From positions 1 through 64,000 of the IMG/VR virus record IMGVR_UViG_3300040751_004835: a stretch of DNA of 64,000 nucleotides; one strand, given 5' to 3'. Positions 32,001 to 41,926 of the stretch are shown here, piece by piece. Each line of letters starts with the position of its first letter. The stretch's first letter is position 1. The stretch comes from a virus. Under the pieces are notes generated by a model, which did not search any database, was not told where the DNA came from, and saw only the letters and a list, made by a program, of their open reading frames with translations. Made by a program: the position numbers and the translations under genes.

Positions 32001-34575
32001 AAAGCTAGATACTGAATATGAGTACCTAGAGGAAAACTATACAGCTCCAAGAGCAAATAGATCTAAAATCGTTCCATTCATAAACAAGTGGGGCTATTTT
32101 GGAGGTACTGATGCAAGGGGTCATTCTTATAGATTAAATGCATCTCCTGCGTTTAGCCCAACTAACTTTTCTCCCAGCTTTGAAAAGGAAATTCCAGATC
32201 CAATGTATCTTACCCATGAATGGATGCTTTTGGAAGGAGTTCCTGAAGGATACCCTTCTGATGAAATAGAGGGGCAAAACAGCTATTTACCGAGCAAGAT
32301 AGACCTAAGCAAAATTAGGAGTGCAAATCCTGATGATGCTTTATATTTTTCTTCTTTCCTCACGGTTGAGCCAGCAGACTATTCTAGCCCTTATAATATT
32401 TCTGGAAACACAACAAAGGAGCTATTCACCCCATTTGTCTACAACAGGTCTACTGGATTTTATGATACTGTTTTTAGAGGGGCTAAGATATCGCTAAGAA
32501 GAAGGAGTACTGTTGCTAACCCTCAAAGTGCCCTTGAAAAATATGTTCCTAATTACAGAGGGTTTGAGGACTATAAATTTGCTTCAATCTTAAGGGTTGA
32601 AGTCGAGACAACCAATACCATTCAATCTCCTGTTAGTTATGAGATAATCGAAAACACCCAACAAAAGTGTGTTCTTTTTGTCTGTACAGTAGTTATCAAA
32701 GATTATCGAGCATTCCCTCTAGGATATACTGGTGGGACTGGTAGTAGTCCCTATTTAGATTATACACTGCTTTACAGTCTTAGTGATAAAAAGAGGGATT
32801 CTGGAGTAGGAACAACTGGGTCTACTGGAGCAACTGGATCTCCACTATATGAAATTGATGACATCAAACTTAGTGCTGCACTCGACTTGTCCATCTCTTC
32901 TAGTAGTTCAGTTACTGAATTTACTAATCCTGGTTTTATCTATACTATTCCAAATTCAGAATATGATACAGACTTAAGGGAAGAGATTAATACGATTTAT
33001 CCTGTTGGTGGAACTGGATCTCTATCCCCCACAGGTAAGGGAAGCTTCAGCGTTCCTGCTATTTCCTCAACTTACCCTTGGCCTATTGGAAGATCTAAAA
33101 ATTTAGCATCTTTTGGTCCAGTTGGTACTAATTATACATTTACAATACCTTTTGCATTTAGCTCTCCTGTTACTGTACCTGTTGGACCTAAAAGTGCTTA
33201 CCAAGGAAATCCAGTATTTCAGGTAGAGGGAGGTGAGAAATACTTTGATTTTATCATGAGGAGGATTTCTCTATCACAGATTTCTGATAGGGTAAATAAC
33301 GAAAGCCCCTTTATCAAATATCGAACATATTCTTGGGACGAAGAGACTCAAACTACCGAGGTACGAAATGATTACTTCCAATTCTATATGCAAAAGCCAA
33401 CTGCTCTTTTCCGAAGTAATGGGACATTCCCGGTAGCCGACTATTCAGGACCTCAGACTCTAGGTCAGAACCAACCTACCGGATATCAGATTAACGTGGG
33501 CTCAAATTATGCTGCAGACATTTTAAGATATGCTGGTAAATACGAGCCATTGTTCAAGAAGGTAATGAGGTATAAAAACGATAAAACGGATACCATTACC
33601 GGATTTACCTCAGCAGATTTGAGTTACCGTAATTGTACCTTTGCTCCAGAAAAATCTGAGTTTGGTAAGCTAAAAAATCTAAATTATAGTAAGGTTTCAC
33701 TGGGAAGAAACATTCTAGAGAAATCTGACAATTTACCCCTAGGTCCAGTTTATCCCCTAGTTGGTGAAACCCCTATTGCGAAAAAAGATTTTTCTGTATT
33801 TCTTTCTACTTGGGATCCTGGTTATTTCAATCTTTTCACATCTGCTACACAGAATTCGTCAGTTGCTGGTACTAGATCAATGAGGGAAAACAAGTCTTTC
33901 TTTGGATCTAAGATGATGCAAACCCCTTATACGATAACATCATATACATTTATCACTTTGGAGGTAAATAGGAATAGTGGAGAAACTGATATCCAGAAAA
34001 TTAACGCGGCAGCTACCAGGGCACTTCAGCAGATACAGAGTATTACCCCACAAACATCAAACACTGGTATAGGTCAGTTGGGAACAGTTCTTTCGAGTGT
34101 AGACTTACCAGCATTCGATGAAGGAATTTATCCAGATGTTGAGGTTTTCTGGCAAAAGGACACACAAACAAATAAGCTTTATGGGTCAATTAGGCTTGAT
34201 AGAATTTTAAGAAGATTCCTATTGAACTCTGGGATAAGCAAGGTATTCGTTGAAAATATAATTAGCGAATTTGGTGTTGGTGATCCTGAAAACATAAATG
34301 ACGATATCAAAACCTATATTGATAAAAACATAGTGCCTATCTATCAGGGGATAACCTTTGATCTCTTTGTTAAAAAGACCGGTACTGATTTAAGTGCTAC
34401 AGAGATACTACTCAGAGGTGATTTAGTAAGTCCAGATAGGATTAGATATTCGTATTATCAAGAACCAAACTATAAGCTTACAAAAAGAAATGCACTGTCA
34501 TACTCTTTTGAACTCCCAATGGAAAGCGGGAAAAACTACTCCACTACATTTACTTTCCAGATAGAAAAAATATAG
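29053..34575 (+). CDS. Very large virion structural protein with a small carbohydrate-binding-like module
   Basis: 1840 aa; WNNTSGYSTGDVVMSQNNYYKAK..P....W resembles a CBM5/12-type module. Confidence 0.5.
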   Translation: MASPKLFDYNSSFGLLRTNPKLTGNVKVSLDSSGGVWLNSFNANPTLSSERFKKFQVTGKDSYATDIYNFFDKGALANDLIFQVGEFTDGSSKAQEDFEFQYDFFYGSGASTLIDKNYTENFRYFQPLWLRNELPEFFVIFKIPEPLSYPYTTNVTRIRESISYKLIQDPDSTETFQIAYGKDNSGLDILYKANQIFDGVNLYSTYRVVSGSGKVVEMNELKFQNDVDDVEGFFNSKILPHAKVIATYDLRSETKIGQYIRGIVNNKNYKKSPIDFSFQQNTYTYYNGVSIKDGVFTERGELLYDYLVSPQASIQSDFENYVTDGFQRNGVVCPNVLNMEFLFNDPDSDLYTINRYFGFYVSKNDLGEFFLNGDYFFDFKNSPDNLNLPKPSRNNLGHYEDNRPNFQSSTGGVRLYYEGASGWIPGSYDTNVNDPQKLYYITDKSDNFYSLKRFENYNRTTKTWENNTPGYATYGPYDNGTFGVTGNVNLPTGSLVIGNKSINLQAFTGYGDKIGSIKGILPGSRGRANIGIEFLINEPLNGEVVFKLFWPNGTRSESAGRYDLIKTGEFGGTLVGWKAGSSYNIGNNHYFNAIDGNTKQIASAFCDCVNSISDVVWNSAPSSSTSVIRTKASGTKVNREYRVVIYDDYATFESEYVGLWNNTSGYSTGDVVMSQNNYYKAKINISPSTPGSPNADPAIDTTSWEIYSTFSQSGFVKIGGVDASTLSGAVSFSGGTDYALSRVSFGSSEKDKVVVGNYIEVKSGTGVTGGASAIETVTPYVDDPIFDVNGKVTGFNGYDELLTASLKDQKSVIDLGTSQSFNLYEMPKIKTGVFSFFDIKDFDFDFWSSSYGETPTPEFHRYFQLISEVNGQIKSGVKYIVQSGEILVDNGTGSQRTLTTGQAFIGTSVSYFEDIGFSNTGATSIVVPAIFTQSGWKDASSLYKGVKAEENLDSFDGFFGIQSINETQAISQANTKEYIFNYGKLDTEYEYLEENYTAPRANRSKIVPFINKWGYFGGTDARGHSYRLNASPAFSPTNFSPSFEKEIPDPMYLTHEWMLLEGVPEGYPSDEIEGQNSYLPSKIDLSKIRSANPDDALYFSSFLTVEPADYSSPYNISGNTTKELFTPFVYNRSTGFYDTVFRGAKISLRRRSTVANPQSALEKYVPNYRGFEDYKFASILRVEVETTNTIQSPVSYEIIENTQQKCVLFVCTVVIKDYRAFPLGYTGGTGSSPYLDYTLLYSLSDKKRDSGVGTTGSTGATGSPLYEIDDIKLSAALDLSISSSSSVTEFTNPGFIYTIPNSEYDTDLREEINTIYPVGGTGSLSPTGKGSFSVPAISSTYPWPIGRSKNLASFGPVGTNYTFTIPFAFSSPVTVPVGPKSAYQGNPVFQVEGGEKYFDFIMRRISLSQISDRVNNESPFIKYRTYSWDEETQTTEVRNDYFQFYMQKPTALFRSNGTFPVADYSGPQTLGQNQPTGYQINVGSNYAADILRYAGKYEPLFKKVMRYKNDKTDTITGFTSADLSYRNCTFAPEKSEFGKLKNLNYSKVSLGRNILEKSDNLPLGPVYPLVGETPIAKKDFSVFLSTWDPGYFNLFTSATQNSSVAGTRSMRENKSFFGSKMMQTPYTITSYTFITLEVNRNSGETDIQKINAAATRALQQIQSITPQTSNTGIGQLGTVLSSVDLPAFDEGIYPDVEVFWQKDTQTNKLYGSIRLDRILRRFLLNSGISKVFVENIISEFGVGDPENINDDIKTYIDKNIVPIYQGITFDLFVKKTGTDLSATEILLRGDLVSPDRIRYSYYQEPNYKLTKRNALSYSFELPMESGKNYSTTFTFQIEKI

Positions 34576-34619
34576 GGATTAGAAGTTAAGGAATATATAA
34601 ACAAAGATAAGAGAAGAAA

Positions 34620-36113
34620 ATGCCGAATCTGAACATAAAAGCTTTAAACGCCGGCGACAACCAGCAATCCATAAGGGAGAAAGTAAATTCTAACTTTGAT
34701 GCTATTGTAGCTTCTGGCGGTGGCCCTCAAGGACAACAGGGAGCCCAAGGAGAGCAAGGACCGATTGGACCTGCTGGTCCTAAGGGTGATCCTGGACAAG
34801 AAGGCTTAAGAGGTACTAAGTGGTTTGTTCAGGGAGCTGAGCCAACTGGGGGAGCTAGCGACCCAATAAGGGTTGGAGATTATTGGGTTCAGACTTTGGC
34901 TAACAACTCTATTTTTGAGTATACTAGTGCTGGCTGGGTTGATACTGGGCAAAACCTGAAAGCATCAGAGGTTTTTGAAGTAGTATCTGGAGTTTCTGGT
35001 CCAACTGGAAGTAAGGATGCTATTGTTATCAGCAGCCCCTTCCCTGAACTCAATACCCTTGTACTTAGCGATTCTGCTGCGGCAACTTCAACCATAAACC
35101 CGACTTATGCTAAGTTTCTGATTTCTTCAAACGGTAGCAACGACTATCCGATTATGGAGTTTTCTAAAACCAATGTAAGTGGAATTGGAACACCAGCAGA
35201 TTATAATAGACACCCACAGTTTAGATGGTTAGATCCCTCTGGTTCTAATTATGATCTATTATTCTCGGTTCCACAGGATGACCTTTCTATTACCTCAGGA
35301 GGAAGTATGCTTATACAGTCTACCTCATCAACACTGGATATATCTGGTAATGGTGGTCTGACCATGACTTCTGGTTCGAACATGAACGTGACCTCTACGG
35401 GTAATATGTCATTTTCGTCTGGGTCTTCACTAATGACTTTCTCATCTCAGAAATTTACACTTTCCAGTAGTTCATTAGCCCTCTCGGTTCCGTTGAATAT
35501 TACAGGAGTAACAAGTCAGTCCCCACTATTAAGCCTTCTTAGCTCTGGAAGTGGTGATACATTGAAAGTTCAATCTACATCCTCGTCTTCTTCTTACTAT
35601 CTTCTAAGGCTATTAAGTGCAAGCACAGAAAGATTTAGTGTTAGAAATGATGGTAAAGTAACATTCCAAAGACAAGTTAATGCTACTAATAATTCAAGCT
35701 CAACTGCATCATATAGTGCTAGTTTAAGTGGAACCCCTTGGGCATTTTGGTGTCATGGTCCTGCATCTGGTACCCAAAGTAGCGTTGTTAATGTTTATGA
35801 TTTTGGAGCTGGAAATAACATATATGCAAACTGGACAACTTCTTCGAACCGGGGTATACTTATCAATCATTCTAGTGGTTCCTCACTAACTTGGGAAAGC
35901 TGGCTTTCCAATAATGAATCAATCACCCTAAACTACTATGCAGTAAGCGGTAAGGAAATTGAGGGGATAGCATCCATGAACGGTGCACCACCTTCATCGG
36001 TAAGTGTTTTCTCAACATCTGCTTCTTATGTACAGGTTACTATAATGAAAGTTGGATCTACTGCGAAGTGTTATTGGTCTACATGTGCTGGAGAATGTGG
36101 AGTTTTATTCTAA
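34620..36113 (+). CDS. Collagen-repeat tail fibre protein (paralog 1)
   Basis: G-X-Y run GPQGQQGAQGEQGPIGPAGPKGDPGQEGLRG followed by GTKWF; Ser-rich beta shaft. Confidence 0.7.
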   Translation: MPNLNIKALNAGDNQQSIREKVNSNFDAIVASGGGPQGQQGAQGEQGPIGPAGPKGDPGQEGLRGTKWFVQGAEPTGGASDPIRVGDYWVQTLANNSIFEYTSAGWVDTGQNLKASEVFEVVSGVSGPTGSKDAIVISSPFPELNTLVLSDSAAATSTINPTYAKFLISSNGSNDYPIMEFSKTNVSGIGTPADYNRHPQFRWLDPSGSNYDLLFSVPQDDLSITSGGSMLIQSTSSTLDISGNGGLTMTSGSNMNVTSTGNMSFSSGSSLMTFSSQKFTLSSSSLALSVPLNITGVTSQSPLLSLLSSGSGDTLKVQSTSSSSSYYLLRLLSASTERFSVRNDGKVTFQRQVNATNNSSSTASYSASLSGTPWAFWCHGPASGTQSSVVNVYDFGAGNNIYANWTTSSNRGILINHSSGSSLTWESWLSNNESITLNYYAVSGKEIEGIASMNGAPPSSVSVFSTSASYVQVTIMKVGSTAKCYWSTCAGECGVLF

Positions 36114-36121
36114 TATAGGAG

Positions 36122-37705
36122 ATGGCAGATTTTAACACAAAATACATATTACCGGGAGATGACAAGGATACCATCATCAATAAGATAAATCACAACTTTT
36201 ATCAAGTATTTTTCAATGGTGTTGGTGAAAGGGGTCCTGTTGGCTACGTTGGTGCTACGGGTATTAGAGGTCAAGCTGGGAGAGATGGTGAAGCAGGTGC
36301 AACTGGCGAAAGAGCTGCTGATTGGTTTTTCTCCTCTACCGAACCAAGTGATTCTGAATCTCAAAATGGTGATATTTGGATTAACATAGGGGTTACTGGA
36401 GGCCAGCAGGTTTACGTTTATACCTCAGGATCTTGGGTCAATACTGGACAAACACTTCTTTCTTCCGGTGTATTCTCTACAATAACTGGTGTTTCCGGTC
36501 CTGGTAATTCCACTTCAAATAATGCCATTTACATTAATGGAAGTCAGGGAGATAAAACTTTTGTTTTATCAGATTCGGTTGGTGCAACATCGTCTATGAA
36601 CCCTAACCTTTCTAAGGTAATAGTTTCAACAGATACCTCTCAAACTTCTGATTTTCCTATAGTTGGTTTTGCAAAGACTTTTTTAACTCAGACTCCTGGT
36701 GGAATAGTTTCTATGAAGTGGTCCCAAACAGGAAGCTCTTATGACCATAAATGGAACTTTCCCGGAGAAACTAGAATCCAAAGTGGACTTTCTTCCACTT
36801 ATTCTGCCACGGGAGGAACGATGACACTTTCGGCTCCGAATCAGAATTTGAATGTTTCCTCTAGATCGACTGCTAGCTTTACTGCAGCAACGGGAGGTAC
36901 TGGTACTTTTTCTTTTTCAACTCCTGGAATTTTTAGTTTTTCCTCTAGTTATGCAAACTTATCTGCTTCATCTTTTGATGTAACTATAAGTAATCCTGGC
37001 TCAACTGGATATATTGCTGCTACTGTTTCTCCATATACTCCTTTGGCGTCTTTGTCTGGCTCAGGAAATGGTGTAAACATCACTGCAGCATCAGAAACTT
37101 CAGACGAATTGCTTCAGGTATTAAGTACGACGGGTAAGGACTTTATTAAATCTGAAAGGACAAATAGATTTTCCATCGGTGGAGCTAATGGAGCTACTGG
37201 TGCATATAAGGTCAAAGGTATAACTAATACCACCCAAAATCTCTTATCTGATGGAGTAGACTACTATGTAAATTGTGGAAATCCAACAAACGATGTTTGT
37301 GTCATTACTCCAGGTCCACTTTATTCAGGTAGTCCAAGTGCTAACGGAAAAGCTAACCGTGTCCTGCTGAATGTTGGTAGCAATTTTTCTTGGGCAGCGG
37401 GACTTTTAAATTCTGGTGAAAGCAGAACCTTCGATTTCTTTATGAATTCTTCAACATTTTCCTTTGGTGGAATAAGAGTGGTTAAATCCGGAATACCTGG
37501 TGTGGGCAAAGAATATATTAACGACAATACAGCAGGTGAAGATGGGTGTCAGCACATACGTTTAACTTTTTTCCCAGTAACACTCACTGCAAAATTCCAC
37601 TACGAGGCTTTTTCAGACGATCACTACGAGTGTGGCTGGGAAACTTATACCATAGCGGTAACGACAGCTGGTGGAGGCGGAGGCGGAGGCTTTTTAGGTC
37701 TCTAA
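36122..37705 (+). CDS. Collagen-repeat tail fibre protein (paralog 2)
   Basis: G-X-Y run GERGPVGYVGATGIRGQAGRDGEAGATGERAADWF; N-terminal ~200 aa similar to the preceding gene. Confidence 0.7.
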   Translation: MADFNTKYILPGDDKDTIINKINHNFYQVFFNGVGERGPVGYVGATGIRGQAGRDGEAGATGERAADWFFSSTEPSDSESQNGDIWINIGVTGGQQVYVYTSGSWVNTGQTLLSSGVFSTITGVSGPGNSTSNNAIYINGSQGDKTFVLSDSVGATSSMNPNLSKVIVSTDTSQTSDFPIVGFAKTFLTQTPGGIVSMKWSQTGSSYDHKWNFPGETRIQSGLSSTYSATGGTMTLSAPNQNLNVSSRSTASFTAATGGTGTFSFSTPGIFSFSSSYANLSASSFDVTISNPGSTGYIAATVSPYTPLASLSGSGNGVNITAASETSDELLQVLSTTGKDFIKSERTNRFSIGGANGATGAYKVKGITNTTQNLLSDGVDYYVNCGNPTNDVCVITPGPLYSGSPSANGKANRVLLNVGSNFSWAAGLLNSGESRTFDFFMNSSTFSFGGIRVVKSGIPGVGKEYINDNTAGEDGCQHIRLTFFPVTLTAKFHYEAFSDDHYECGWETYTIAVTTAGGGGGGGFLGL

Positions 37706-37747
37706 TAAGAAATTTTGTGATACATAAACTTAGATAAATATACAGTA

Positions 37748-37984
37748 ATGGAACTTACAAAGAAAGAGAAAAATAAAGCCAATTCATTGAAGGACCAGTT
37801 TTCCTCGGTTAGAGGTGAAATTGAATCAGTACAGGCTGAGATGGATCTGCTAACTCAGAAAGCTGGTACATTGATCAAGGAACTTGAAAATTTGAGGGAC
37901 CAAGAAGCACAGTTTATAACTGGACTTAAGAACAAATATGGTGAGGGAACACTCGATCCATTCAAACTAATCTATATGAAATGA
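37748..37984 (+). CDS. Small coiled-coil protein
   Basis: Heptad pattern ending LKNKYGEGTLD, a common small phage protein type next to fibre genes. Confidence 0.55.
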   Translation: MELTKKEKNKANSLKDQFSSVRGEIESVQAEMDLLTQKAGTLIKELENLRDQEAQFITGLKNKYGEGTLDPFKLIYMK

Positions 37985-38796
37985 CACCAATTGTTGGTAA
38001 AATATGGTCTTTAATTAACAGCAAGGTTGGACCTATAGTTGCTATAGTTGTCCTAGCTTTTTTGCTTTTAAGGCAGTGCAACGTTTCTCAAAATGCCAAA
38101 AGGGAGGCTGAAAGAAATATGAACAACCTTCTGGCAGAGCAGGATAGCGTAAGAGAAGTTACCTCAAAGCTTGGAAACGTTCTTGCGGAAAAATCTGCTT
38201 TCCAATTAAAATACAATGAACTTTCAGAGGAGCAAGAGGATCTGATTAAACAACTAGAATTAGCTAAAAATAAAAAGCCTGGAGTTGTTATTGAGACCCA
38301 AGTGGTTTATAGAGACACAACAATTATAGTACCTGTTGAAAATGAGATTGGCGATAGTTCTTCGACTTTGAAGTTTGCTTACAATCCAACTTTGCCAGGA
38401 AATAATAGATTAATGGTCAATGGCAAATTACCTTATACTACAAGTGATACCTTAATAAATGGGTTAGAAAGAACCTTGATTAACCCCGGTGTAGTTAATC
38501 TTACCATTGAGCAAAAGATAGATTTGGTAACTGGTTTATATAGAGATCCGAAAACAGATAGGCTATTTGTAAGAGCTTCCACTACCTTCCCAGGCATTTC
38601 GTTTAATGATATAAATGCTTTGGATATGGTCGATGACCCAGGTACACGAAAAGCACTGAGGGGAGCAAGAAAACCTTTTGGTATCGGTGTTAATGTAGGT
38701 TATGGTATGCTCCTTACAATGGATGGGTATCAAGCAGGGCCTATCATAGGAGTTGGCTTGCACTACTCACCAAAATTCCTGCAGTTTGGTAAATAA
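37981..38796 (+). CDS. Membrane-anchored coiled-coil protein, spanin-like
   Basis: N-terminal hydrophobic segment ending LLLRQC, a coiled coil, and C-terminal amphipathic beta strands GIGVNVGYG..GVGLHYS. Confidence 0.45.
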   Translation: MTPIVGKIWSLINSKVGPIVAIVVLAFLLLRQCNVSQNAKREAERNMNNLLAEQDSVREVTSKLGNVLAEKSAFQLKYNELSEEQEDLIKQLELAKNKKPGVVIETQVVYRDTTIIVPVENEIGDSSSTLKFAYNPTLPGNNRLMVNGKLPYTTSDTLINGLERTLINPGVVNLTIEQKIDLVTGLYRDPKTDRLFVRASTTFPGISFNDINALDMVDDPGTRKALRGARKPFGIGVNVGYGMLLTMDGYQAGPIIGVGLHYSPKFLQFGK

Positions 38797-38807
38797 AGAA
38801 AGATAAA

Positions 38808-41303
38808 ATGGCATTTTCAAGCACATCAAAATACGTTCAGCTTACTCCTTACTTGGTAATGGAGTATAGATATGCAGATCAACCAAACCCAGAGGCATAT
38901 TTTGTCAACACCGGATCTCCATCAATTGGTTTTAATAAGTTGATCAATGGTGTGCTGGAAGATGATAACGGACAGCCTTCTAACGATGTACAGATAATGA
39001 ACCTCGACGAGGATCAATCTGTAACACAAAATACCCGTAATAATAGCGTTGTACAAACTAACCAAAATACGTTTATAACTCTTGATCCAGGACTTGTAGT
39101 ACCTTACAATGATTTTAATTCAGATCTTACAGATACTGCAGATCTCCCTATTACATTTCCTTCTAATATTCAAGTGATTTATGACTCTGTAAGGTATCAC
39201 ATTCTTGCTGGATATAACCTAAATAATATTGATGGTCTTGTTCTTCAGATTCAGTATCTTGATGTAAACGGATCTCATGTAACATTTTCGCAGATTAAAT
39301 TATCGAAGGGTTCTTCCCAGACTTACACATTGAGTCCAAATCCTCTGACGATTGGGTCTAATATTTTCGACAAATATTACGAAGTTAAGATACCAAGTCT
39401 CGTTGACATGAACAACAAGTACGGTGCAGCTACAGCTTCAAATAAGTCAAAAACTTTAGCTGGATTAACTAGTAAGAGCGGTCGGGGATATCAAACAGCA
39501 GCTCCGATAAGGATTAAAGCCTACGAGATTTTAAGTACAACAACCACCAATGGCTATGACACCTATGGCACGAATCTTCTGGCAGCTCTTTCTCTTGAGT
39601 CTACTGACCCATTTAAGAATATAGGTGCCTATATTGCACCGTCTGACCAGGGTGACTACTTTGAGTATTTTGCTACTGATGATGGTGGATTTCCGGAAGA
39701 TTTCATCCTCTTCCAAAATTCTATTGGAAATAGTTACTACCTAAATCATACTATTGAAACCCTTGAGCAAGTTGGAGGGGCACTGCTAAATACATCTAAT
39801 TTTAGTAATATCCAAACCACTGCCTATGATGTTCCGAACCTTTTAAGGCCTATTGTTAGATACCCACAGGTTGCTTCTTCTTTTACCTTGAGATACACCA
39901 TGACTCTGGTTAATAACAAAGATCAATCAAGGCTTATCAGAATTGCAACCTACACTTCTACTGATGTGAGTAGATATGGTGCTGAAATTCAGCCATTGCA
40001 ACTTCAGGTTCTTCCTCAGCAGCAAAAGATTTACAACAAGGTGGCTGGTAGCACAAACATATCGGTTCCAAGCAGCGGAATAACACCCAGTCAGATTACA
40101 AAATTTGCAAATGTTTTTGTTGACAGGACCTTAGTAAACACCTCACTTACCAATCTGGTTGTAAATGGGAGTACCTTGAGAGAAGACACCTCTAACCAAA
40201 CTACGGCTAGTGCAGCAATTTCTTACGGGGTTGGTCAAGCATACATTACTATTTCTCCTTTTGATAACTATTATAAGTTTACATTTTTCCAAAAGGCAAA
40301 TGACGGGACTACTAAAAATATAGATCTTTCCTCTTCTGGCGAATATTCAATGGTATTTGTTGACAACCAGAATAAGAAGGTTAGTGCTCCATCAATAGCT
40401 GATAATAATATTGCTAAACCTGCAAAGGGGGAACTAGCCTTTAAAATAGATGAAACCCTATCAACGCAAATATTGCAGTTTACCAATAAGAAGTTTTATA
40501 TTTCTAATAGGCCTAGGGTTGAAGCAAACACAGGTAATGATGGAAACGCTTCTGCTTTGAGCAACTTAAGATCACAAGTACAGTCTAGAACAACCTCTTT
40601 TAATAGATCTGTATCTGATATTTCTGTTTCTTCTCAAAACAACCAAGCAAAGATTGGAACTGCTAACATTTCAGCTAAATCCTCCTCGGTTTTATATTGG
40701 GGAAATTGGATATTAGAAGACGAGACTGCTCCACAAGTAAGTGTTGATACTGATCTACAAACCGGAACTATTTCTTCTGGTGAGGCTACGATTGGAAATA
40801 TTCTAGATCTCTTCCCAACACAAACAACCGGTCAATCCTCTTGGCAAGCATACGGGTCAACCTCTGGTAACAATCAGGCAAATACTCCACAATCTGCAAC
40901 GACAACAACTGGTGGATCCCAAACGAGTAATTTAAGTCCTGCAGAAATAAGGAGTTCTATAGCATCCGATGTCCAAGGTAAGATAGAATTGGAATGGTCG
41001 ACCAACGATATACTCGCTTACTATTTGGATCCTTCTGGTGTTGGGTATAAGCTTTACGGAGGTATTAGTAAAGGTGTATTTTATCAAGCAGTAAGTGGAA
41101 TATTCGATAACACTGCACTTGGTATCCTCTATAATTACGGGAACACTGGATTTGGAACCACCAATGGTGGAGCTGCAGCAAGCAACAATTCCAGCAATAA
41201 TGCATCCGGAAACGATAGTGGAAGTAGTACTGCTTCTACAAGTGGAACCTCTGGGGGATCACAAGGGCCAAAGGGTACTTTACCATCATTTATAACCGTG
41301 TAA
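38808..41303 (+). CDS. Virion structural protein
   Basis: 831 aa with a low-complexity S/T/G C-terminus; context. Confidence 0.45.
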   Translation: MAFSSTSKYVQLTPYLVMEYRYADQPNPEAYFVNTGSPSIGFNKLINGVLEDDNGQPSNDVQIMNLDEDQSVTQNTRNNSVVQTNQNTFITLDPGLVVPYNDFNSDLTDTADLPITFPSNIQVIYDSVRYHILAGYNLNNIDGLVLQIQYLDVNGSHVTFSQIKLSKGSSQTYTLSPNPLTIGSNIFDKYYEVKIPSLVDMNNKYGAATASNKSKTLAGLTSKSGRGYQTAAPIRIKAYEILSTTTTNGYDTYGTNLLAALSLESTDPFKNIGAYIAPSDQGDYFEYFATDDGGFPEDFILFQNSIGNSYYLNHTIETLEQVGGALLNTSNFSNIQTTAYDVPNLLRPIVRYPQVASSFTLRYTMTLVNNKDQSRLIRIATYTSTDVSRYGAEIQPLQLQVLPQQQKIYNKVAGSTNISVPSSGITPSQITKFANVFVDRTLVNTSLTNLVVNGSTLREDTSNQTTASAAISYGVGQAYITISPFDNYYKFTFFQKANDGTTKNIDLSSSGEYSMVFVDNQNKKVSAPSIADNNIAKPAKGELAFKIDETLSTQILQFTNKKFYISNRPRVEANTGNDGNASALSNLRSQVQSRTTSFNRSVSDISVSSQNNQAKIGTANISAKSSSVLYWGNWILEDETAPQVSVDTDLQTGTISSGEATIGNILDLFPTQTTGQSSWQAYGSTSGNNQANTPQSATTTTGGSQTSNLSPAEIRSSIASDVQGKIELEWSTNDILAYYLDPSGVGYKLYGGISKGVFYQAVSGIFDNTALGILYNYGNTGFGTTNGGAAASNNSSNNASGNDSGSSTASTSGTSGGSQGPKGTLPSFITV

Positions 41304-41336
41304 CCGTGTCTTAAGAAAATTAAAATAATTTTATAA

Positions 41337-41897
41337 ATGGCTATATTAAACGCAAGAGCAAATAGCTTTTATTTCGTATTTCCGAAAGGATTCTTTCCCG
41401 AGAAGGTCCATGAGAAGTATATTGACTACTTAAAAAAGCAGCCTACCCCATACGATACTCTAACTTCGTATATGAATAGCACTATACAAAGTGTGACATT
41501 TCCTTCGGTTAGTATGGATTTGTCTGAACAGGTTAGAAATTTAGGTAAGAGGATTAACTATCAGAGTGCAACACCGGTTCAGGATTTATTTAACAGGGAG
41601 TTCCAGGTTTCCTTTAGAATAGCAGAGGGGTTTGTAAATTACTTTATTATGCTAGAAACTGTTTTGGATTATCTGGATTTTAAGAATCCTGGTACATATA
41701 TTCAAAATTTGCCACTTAGGACTTTGGATAATGAGGGTAATATCCTGACAACAGTTATGTTCAAAGAAGTGACCCTAACATCTTTCTCCGAACTAAACTT
41801 GAACTATACACAAAACACTCCTTCTGTTTACACATTTAATGTTGGGTTCAAATGTAACTATTTGGGTCTCGATCTTGAAATTGGTAAGGAAAGGTAA
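41337..41897 (+). CDS. Tail tube terminator/tube-fold protein (T4 gp3-like)
   Basis: QSVTFPSV..FQVSFRIAEGFVNY..LRTLDN..VMFKEV..SFSELNLNY..FNVGF follows the gp3/gp19 pattern. Confidence 0.55.
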   Translation: MAILNARANSFYFVFPKGFFPEKVHEKYIDYLKKQPTPYDTLTSYMNSTIQSVTFPSVSMDLSEQVRNLGKRINYQSATPVQDLFNREFQVSFRIAEGFVNYFIMLETVLDYLDFKNPGTYIQNLPLRTLDNEGNILTTVMFKEVTLTSFSELNLNYTQNTPSVYTFNVGFKCNYLGLDLEIGKER

Positions 41898-41926
41898 GAT
41901 ATATAAAATACAAAAAATACTAAGGT

